Shown piece after piece: positions 56,001 through 64,000 of a stretch of DNA of 64,000 nt (position 1 is its first letter; every line of letters starts with the position of its first letter). Below the pieces are notes generated by a model, which saw only the letters and a program-made list of their open reading frames with translations, was not told the DNA's origin and ran no database searches. The DNA lies in NCBI GenBank assembly GCA_050084985.1, contig JBITNC010000001.1, positions 173,972,001-174,036,000 on the forward strand, read 5' to 3'. The translations under genes were made by a program, and so were the position numbers. The DNA comes from Nageia nagi (taxonomy: Eukaryota; Plantae; Pinophyta).

Positions 56001-56499
56001 GCTAATAGTAATTCATGCCTTAACTACACCTGTAAATCTCATCAACTCCACAAGCACCTTCTAATATCTTTTGAGTTCTATGCAACTCATGCACTGCAGA
56101 CGTAAAAGCGGTCAAACTTAGACCCTTAGTCCATGAGATATTGAACCCATCCACTGTTTAAAGAAACTGGGATGAAATCAGAATCGACAAGTTTTACAGA
56201 TATGTCCAGCATAGGAGTTGATTCACTGCATGTCACAGTTAATTAGTGCAGTTCTTGCAGTTGGGAGAAACCCAAATTTTTTTTTCTCAAATTCATATGT
56301 GATTTACCTCTTTGGTGATGTTCAAAGACCATCTCTCAGCCTTTAGAAATGCAGACAGAATCAAGCAACTTCTGTTGGTTTATGAGCATTGCCCTCTGCA
56401 TTACAGTAATGCTTACATGAATGGCATGGAAATTGTGTACGAAGAGTTCATGTATAAAATATTTGAGGAAATGTTGTTGGTTTCTATGATTGAGTTTCC

Positions 56500-58975
56500 A
56501 TCATTTCTCAACAAGATGTAGCCCATATTTAAGACTGGTACCTTCAGAAGTCTTTACATAAACTAGGATTTCAAAGTCTTTATTGCCACTGCATTGATCA
56601 CCAAGATATATAAGTGATAAATTGTTGCAAAGAAATTTATGCGACAATCCTGTCATTTGCATAAGAAATGTGATTCTAATCATTTGAAGTGTCCCATTGA
56701 ATTCCATGTGTTAGTTGCCATTACCTTGTCAAGGAAACTGAATTCAGTACTCTTTCTGGTAGGGATGATTATGATTTAGGTGATAGATTCCTCAACATGG
56801 TTGGCAAACTGTCCAACTTGTAAGAGTCCCAGAGGTAGATGGATTTGCCAGTTGTTTGGATGATGATCATGTAAATAGGAGGAAAAATATCAAAGTAGAT
56901 TTACGCTCAGAGTTTGAGATGATCAGAAATATGTTGAAGATGGTAATGATAGGGAGCTTTCTCATGAGGAGCCACAGACATCTCTTGCTAGATGTAGTTG
57001 ATATACAAGCCCCGGTCATGGAGTCAGATAACAGTTTGTCGTAGCAAGATATTCAATCAGACTTTTGGTTCCTTTCTTCTAGATAAATCACAACTCCACC
57101 TTCATATGGACATATTCATGCAAATATGCAACACATTGTCCAAGTTAAGCAAAGCGCACAATAACAAAGTTTCAATAAAAATAGCTAAGCACCTTTGGTT
57201 GGGGTAGTGAAAAAGGTGATTAGTGACCTCTTTGAGTCTATGAATAAAGAGTAGTACCTGCCTTGAATTTCCTAATAAATGAAGCATCCAAAGATGAAAT
57301 GATGCTCAGTCTGCACCTTCTGAAGGGAGCAAAGGTGGACATCTGTCCTCTTTAGAATAATGGTAATCTGTTGATGAGAACAAACTTTGAGTCAGCCAAG
57401 TGTTATGCTGATGCCATGAGTCCAATATCCAACTCTTTTAAGAAATATATCTAAGCACCTTTGGTTGTAATGGTAAAAAAGGTGATCAATGACCTCTGAA
57501 TAAGCACCAATACTTACCTCGAATTTTGTTATCGATGGTGCATACCCTCTGAATTGAGCAAGGGTGGGAAACTCACCCCTCTATGGAACACAATGCGCAG
57601 CTGTTGAGATCAAATTCTGAGTTGGCCAAGGTAAATGCTGATGCCATGAATCCAATGGCTCTTTATGTAATTGGGGTGTGTGATGATGCCATCCTCCATC
57701 TGTAGGAAATGATATGTGCATATCGCCAATTCGGGATTAAAAGATCTTGGGAGGAGTTTAATTATTTCAAATACAGCCATCACTACTTGTGGGAGCAAAG
57801 TGCTTGTAGCAGCTAATGCTGAACTTATTGAGCATTTTTGAGAATCAAAAAGAAAGAAAGAAAGTATGTCAATGTCGTCGGGTGACCAAAAGTGGTCAAT
57901 GTGATTAGTAAGTACAATCATGCTCGTGAAACCAACAAAGGCTGTACTGGGCATTGTCTAATGAAAGCGTAAAACTACTGTACAAAAGATCCAAACCCTT
58001 AAGAGAGGGAGGAACAAAATCGAAATCAGCTCGAGGGAGCCCGTCTTGGACCTCTCCGGGCGGAAAATGGGGCCGTGCTCTCTACCCTGGGGAGGGATCA
58101 CGCTAATCCCTATGGGATGTGTCTGTGGTACTGCTGCTGGAAGAGAAAAATGATGTGATCTGCGAAGTCCTCAATGGAACCTGGGTGCCTGAATATGGGA
58201 GTGGTTGCTTGTCTTGATATCTCCTACTAGCCTCTTCAAGAAAAGAGGCTTGAAAGAATGATGTAATACATCGGCCCTTGGTTGGCTGCTAGGCACGATC
58301 TCAAAGGGCCCTCTGTAGAAGGAAGGTCTCTTGGAAGTATAGAGCCAAGCAACGCTGATCTGAGTATTGGAGGAATGTAGCTAAAGAACTGTGGGAATCT
58401 TGGAAGAGACAATGTTATTGGCCATGGATCCCGTAGTAGACTGAGCATCGAAAGACAAAGTGTTCTTTGGACTTAGTCTCAGGAGAACAAAGGAGACAAA
58501 CTCGTATATCGTGGGTTATGTTGTGGTTAGTATCAATTTGCAGCTAGTGGGAGCATACTCAAAATTGTCCAAGGGACATCATCAATCCAAGAGGGAGATG
58601 TAGACTCATGTAGCTAGGTGGGGAGATCAAATCTCTCTTGATCTAAAGATAATGGTATGCATAGTGATCCAACTTGGGTGTCAACAACTGTAGTGGAGAA
58701 ACCCAAGTGATCTGGATGAAGGGCCTATAGATTGTCTCTCAGATCACTAAAATACAATTTGAAGTAGTTGAACCCTCTAACAGTGAAGGCATTCTATCTA
58801 GAGAAAAGCCAAATCTCTGAAGCATCTCGATAACCTCGACTAGCCAACATCAACGATAGCCTTGGGCAGCTAGATTGATCAAGGAAGACAAAGCTCTCAT
58901 AGGGAGTCTAGCCATATTGCCCCCACAATCGGATAAACTTTGGAGTTGATGAAGGCAGAGAGGGCTATGGAAGCA
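56500..58975 (-). mobile_element. Highly degraded LINE (L1-like) remnants in the CAR intron
   Basis: Duplicated zf-RVT-like pieces EVTNHLF (about 57210-57230) and EVIDHLF (about 57480-57500); ORF1-knuckle-like VPWT..FEYAPTSCK near 58540-58590; no RT core seen. Confidence 0.4.
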
Positions 58976-58980
58976 ATGGT

Positions 58981-60172
58981 TGTGATGTCCCCCTTGCATT
59001 ATTGTACTTAATTTTGGAATCTAACAGATTCCACCTTTGTATTATATTTAATTATTTAATTGTGCTTTTAGTTAGTACTTGGGATAGAAGACTTAATGGG
59101 TCATTGGACCCCATTGTGAGCCCAAAGTGGGACTTCTCCCTCCCAAGTTTAGATTAGGTGTTTTAATGTACTTGGAGATCTTGATACATGATTGTGGGAA
59201 TCCCAAGCTCTATTTAGCACTTAATGGATGGATGAGCACTTAATGGCCCCAACGTTGAAATTGGGAGCACTTGTACAAATGCACCAGCCTTGGGGAGACT
59301 TCTAGACACCCACATTGGCCCATGACAACCACGTTGCCCCCCTAGATGCCCACGCATGCCTCCTAGATCCATGCATGCATTCATGGACCCACATGGAGCA
59401 TGAGGGAGGCCCAGATACCCACGTTGGATGTGGAATGACTCCTAGGTGCCAACGTTGGGGCATGAGGGGATTGGGTGATGACATTGAGGTGAGATCCAGA
59501 TCCAGGAAAGCTATATTAGCCCTTAGTGCCTTATTGTTGGATATACAAATTTATTATTATCATTCATATCGTCCAGAGGACATAAGACTTAGTGCAATGT
59601 TAAATAGGACCCTAGGTGCAGCATCTAGGACGATTAGCAGGTTGAGGGATCCTATTAGTCTGCGGCTTTGGTGTAGCACCCTAGCCCATCCGATGGTATT
59701 CTGAGGTTGAGCTTCTACCTTCAATGGTTTCCAGGTTTGAGGAGGGCTCCTTTGGTGGAGAGGATTCAGATTTTGAGGGAGCAAGATTGTCCCACACATC
59801 ATCTGTCCGTCGAACAGTGAGAGACATACATTGTGCTCTAGTTGGCTCCTTGGAGGCCAATGTCCAACGTCCAATCCTAGGGGATTGGTATTGTATCATT
59901 GATCATTTCTTATATTCTATACAACTGTTGGGCACTTGGATCTCAATATTTATCTTGTGTATGCTTTCATATTGCAACGCTGTGGTATATTTACTCTTTC
60001 TTGTATATTGTAGCCAAACATTGGCATTGTGAGCTTGTGTATGTTGATATCTGCTAGTCTTGGCCAATCATTGGCATTGTTGAGGTTTAATTTGGATGCC
60101 CTAGGTCAAACGTTGGAGCATACTTGTTTGAATTTGATAAAATTATACTAAAATTGCATTTAGGCTTTTACA
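58981..60172 (+). repeat. 5' LTR of element E (about 1192 bp)
   Basis: tgtgatgtcccc...ttttaca followed after 1 nt by the PBS; the start coordinate is not confirmed by a partner LTR. Confidence 0.75.
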
Positions 60173-60173
60173 G

Positions 60174-60185
60174 TGGTATTGGAGC
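60174..60185 (+). promoter_or_regulatory. PBS of element E (tRNA-iMet)
   Basis: tggtattggagc versus tggtatcagagc. Confidence 0.8.
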
Positions 60186-60256
60186 TTGGATCTGGTCAAC
60201 CTGTGAATGATACTGACATTTACTGTTACTACACCAGATCCACTATCAGAAAGGAG

Positions 60257-61660
60257 ATGGCATCCTTAAGGAAGAGTGGAAACTTGCAGCCCGAAGAGAC
60301 ACCTTCTAGGGCCGCGCAAGAAGAGGATCGTCGGCCATGGATGAATGAAGTTCGAAATGAGGGCGATTCTGGTGAGGAGAATGAGGCATCAAGAGGGAGG
60401 ACTATATCGGCTATTAGGAGAAGCCCTATGTCGGTTCAGGAATCAACACTTGAGAGGCGATTCAGTGAGCTCATTTCGGCCACCCACAGCATGATGGGAG
60501 CTATCACGACCATGCAGAAGTAGATGAACACCATCCATAAACAAGTCGGAGGTCGAGAAGAGCTGTGGAGGCACATTAGCCCCCACGTCCTATGTAGGAT
60601 GAAGCAAAGGAGCTACGGGAGGATGACAGAGCAAATCGAGAGATGACTATGAGGAGATCCTGCAGTTTGAGAGACAGAGAGTCTACCCATCACTGATCAA
60701 TGGGTTGTCCAAAACCCACATTCCTGAGATCCCATTCACATAGAGCTCCACAAGGTACTAACGCTCTCCTAAGGAGGTACCTAGATGAGGACGTTGGCAA
60801 GATGGGGGAACAACCCACTATCCCCAAGCTGTCCAAGCCCATGTTTGCCAAGAAGTCCAAGGATGAGGCAAAGAACAGGGTTCTTGGCCCACTAGAGCTG
60901 AATTAGATTTTCATGGAGTACTCTATGTTGGATTCGAGGTTGAAGAGAGACATCAACTTCAACGGCTACCTGGAGATCCTAGGGTTGAAGGGAAGCAATT
61001 CACACGACCCACATACTCCAAGTAGCTCATGGGGAGATAAAAGAGATCTGCAACAAAAGATCAACAAGATGCAAGTATCGCTATATGACGACAAGAGGAT
61101 GACAACTAGGGCTTGGCTACATCAGTTATAGACATACTTCACCTTAAGCTCGAATATGGTTGAGGAGGATGCAATCCACTTTGCATCACTACACTTTGAG
61201 GGTGACGCCCTCGAATGGTGGCAGCATGGAGTAATTAGCCAGGATTGCTCACACATTACCTCTTTCGATGAGCTTGCCAGATGGTTGGTAAAGAGATTTG
61301 ACAAAAAGAGGGAGACTGATTACTTTCAAGACTTGACATCTTTGAGACAACAGAGTGCAGTGGATGAATATGTGTTAGAGTTTCAGAAGATAGCAATCAT
61401 GATTCACCACTCCTCAAGGATGAATATGTGTCAAAGTTTCAGAAGATAGCAATCATGATTCACCACATTCTTGAGTGGTTGACATTCCTCTTCATAGAGG
61501 GATTGATGGAGCCATTACAAGGGATGGTCAAGGTATCCTCACCAAGGAGCCTTCATGATGCTATTCGAGCTGCATATGATCTACAACCGACTATGAAATC
61601 CCTCAAGGGAGGGAAAACGTACAAGGGGCCGGCCACATGGAAGACCTTTGTTGATAAGGA
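60257..61660 (+). pseudogene. gypsy gag of element E (chromovirus-like)
   Basis: RAWLHQL*TYFTL...EEDAIHFASLHFEGDALEWWQHG...LTSLRQQSAVDEYVLEFQK...LFIEGLMEPL...PRSLHDAIRAA. Confidence 0.88.
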
Positions 61661-63091
61661 GGGGTCTTGTATCTTAGCACAGATCTTCCTCATCTTCACC
61701 TTATTGCTGATATTTCGGAACGACTCCTCATCTCTAAGTGGCCTATGCTCATAGGCTCTCTTCCTCTCTTTCATGTAGAAGCCGTGGATTTTATTCTCGG
61801 GATTATAATGACTAGCGGCAGACATCTTCTTGAAGTTGTACCTTCCCAACTCCTCTATTATGGAATTCACATCTGCCCATGCTCTACACTGGTATTCTCC
61901 CACTATGATCGACAAATTTGAGGTGGCCGATTTCTTTTGCCAGACGTGCTCATGCAAGTGGGTCAATTGCCTCATCATCTCCATCAAGAGCATTTTGTTG
62001 CTCACATATCGGGGCAGTTGATATGGTCCACGGTTGACCCATAAAGTTGAATATAGGAGTAATGTTGGTGATGTATGAAGAAGTCTCTGTGCTTCCTTAG
62101 TGCATCCTTGGCCGAGTTTGAGATTTTGGTAATCGTGATTTCTCCCTTGAGCTCTTTGTAGATCTCATACTCCCATCCATCACTCTTCATCATGAAATTC
62201 TCCCATCTTCTCTCAATCCTCCACTTAGGGTGGCATTTCCACAACGTACGTTGCCTTTTGAATCAGGTTTGCCTCCCCTAAGGCCGTAGGTTTGTACTTG
62301 CCATGAAGCAACAAGTATATCAAATATGAGTTGAGATAGAATTTGTGTGTGGTCCCCAAAGATGACAACTGATTTGCAATGCTATTGCTCAACACCTTGC
62401 TCCACTCAATCTTCTTTCCTCTGGCAATCTTCACAATGAAGTCGAAGAACTCCTTGAACTTAAATGCATCTTCCTTTCCAAGGATCGTCGACAACATTAG
62501 GATCATCAACTCCACGGACACATAGAAGTGGGAACGAGAAGAATTGATGAGGGCATTCTCCTTCAGGCCGTGGTTTTCATCCAGCATCCAACTTCTAATT
62601 GCCACGGCCGCCCTGTTGGTGTCCTGATAGCACGCCATTGACTCTACCTCAGTATATTCAAAACTACCTTTCGAGGTCCGTTGAAATGTTATCTTGATGG
62701 CTTCGGGGTTGAAGTCCATGATGATGTTTCCCTTGATGTCATGGAGCACCCTTTCACTCTTCTTCCAATGCTAATCGACTTCTAAGCACAACTCTGGGAA
62801 TGGAACTGTAAACGGGACGAAGGTACAATTTTAAAGCCCAGAGAAGAACACAATATGTTGTTTCAGCTCATTGATCGACATGTTTTTGGTCTTCTCCCTC
62901 ATTTGCATGGGGTCTACCTTGTGCCAGTCTATGTCTCCGATTGTGGCCAGCCCATTTTTTGAGAACTTGGCCCCTTGGGTTAGGGACTTTTGCCTCTCGT
63001 ATATGGTGATGATGCAATCCTGCCTGATAGTCTCCAAATCTTGTGCAAATTCCTTAGCCGAACTGCTCTTGGAAGTGGTCATGATGCCCAA
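61660..63091 (-). pseudogene. Antisense extra ORF of element E, unknown function
   Basis: Chain of minus-strand ORFs 62831-63091 and 62225-62749 (same frame across stops), 62002-62244, 61553-62005; motifs FPELCLEV..HW and IEWSKVLSNSIANQL...KFYLNSYLIYLL. Confidence 0.7.
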
Positions 63092-63193
63092 GTGAGTGAC
63101 AAAGGCTCTCCAAAGTGATGTGTTGGCTTTCTAGGGAGGCTGTGACTCCCATGTTGCCCCTCTTAGCATCTTGATGTCTTCCCAAGCTTGGCT

Positions 63194-63719
63194 CATGCTC
63201 CCAAAAGTAAAAAAATTGTCTTTTTGAGGCATGCGCCAGCCCCTCTGGTCTTGTTGGAGCTGGATTCGAGCTTTGAGACTCCATGCCTTACCCAAATTTT
63301 GCACTTCGATCCAATTGAGTGCATTCTTGCCCTTGGCACATGCTCTCAAAAGACAATTTTGTCTTTTTGAGGCATGTGCCAGTCTCTTGGGTGGGTGTGC
63401 TTCTATTATCTGTCTTCCAAACTCGCTCTAGCGGCCTCCTGGCTTAGGCCCATGCTCCCAAAAGTAAAAAGATTGTCTTTTTGGGGCATGTAGCAGCTTT
63501 GAAATGTCTCTTGCTAGCTCATTTCGACGTTTGTTCTATCCTGGGCACCTTTTGGAGCCTACGCATGTCCCTAAAAGACAAAATTTTGTCTTTTCGTGGC
63601 ATGTGTTGGGTCTAGAAGTGAGCCGGTTCAACTTTTCGAACTTGAACTCTAGATTGGGCATCCTCCTAGCCCAAGCACACATCCCAAAAAGACAAAATTT
63701 GTCTTCTTTGAGCATGCGC
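63194..63719. repeat. Five dispersed 40-48 bp palindromes (catg..caaaagacaa-ttgtcttttg..catg)
   Basis: At 63194-63233, 63334-63381, 63451-63490, 63561-63606, 63675-63719. Confidence 0.88.
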
Positions 63720-64000
63720 CAGGCCTAGGAGTGGCCCAGACTCACTTGGCTTGGTTCAAACTCGACACAAGTTCCCCTGTTTCACCTAGATTTGACTTAG
63801 ATTTCTAGACTTAGCCCTTTTTGAGGATTATAGCTTTCATCATGACACGAGCAAGATTGCGTAGTTGAACACACTTTTGTGATGGGATAATAGACGTGGT
63901 TTATAGTTAGGCGAATACAGGGAGAGACAGTTCAAAACATGGCATCACATGAGTGTGAGTTGCGGAGGGTTGTGTAGGGCATAACACATTGCAGGGGATT

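Larger units (their letters stand above)
58981..64000 (+). mobile_element. Element E: Ty3/gypsy LTR retrotransposon lacking pol, with antisense ORF; runs off window
   Basis: LTR, Met PBS, gag, then an abrupt switch near 61660 to minus-strand coding. Confidence 0.8.

Noticed and set aside
59302-60032. Several 60-129 aa ORFs
   Set aside because: They lie within the LTR of element E and show no recognisable motifs.

Overview
This is AT-rich plant nuclear DNA. Element types and PPR style suggest a conifer (inference). About 80% is nested LTR retrotransposons whose boundaries are fixed by LTR termini, primer sites and 5-bp target-site duplications (TSDs). Copia A (minus strand, 1-3346 plus 35948-35977) has a 32.6-kb nest inside its LTR. 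The nest is a gag-only Tat-like element B (3347-35942, TSD ccact). B contains a 23.8-kb Tat/Ogre-type gypsy C (9876-33685; tRNA-Asn PBS, G-patch, additional RNase H, antisense plant-mobile-domain ORF, internal duplication) and a solo LTR (34628-35711). From 36 to 52 kb lies a degraded CACTA-like region with scrambled PLS-PPR/DYW fragments. It is interrupted by a better-preserved copia D (40019-48173, TSD gcatt). D is the oddest object here: its two ends share no LTR sequence, its 3' end is a 265-bp fold-back hairpin, its leader carries a mosaic of PPR fragments, and its 3' region has a 49-bp stem-loop array between two polypurine tracts. The only intact host coding sequence is exon 1 of a C2-domain ABA-related (CAR) gene (52943-53053). 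Its apparent first intron runs past the window end and holds LINE remnants plus a pol-less gypsy E (58981 to >64000) with an antisense ORF and a hairpin array. All translations and alignments were done by eye, and boundaries of degraded ORFs are approximate.
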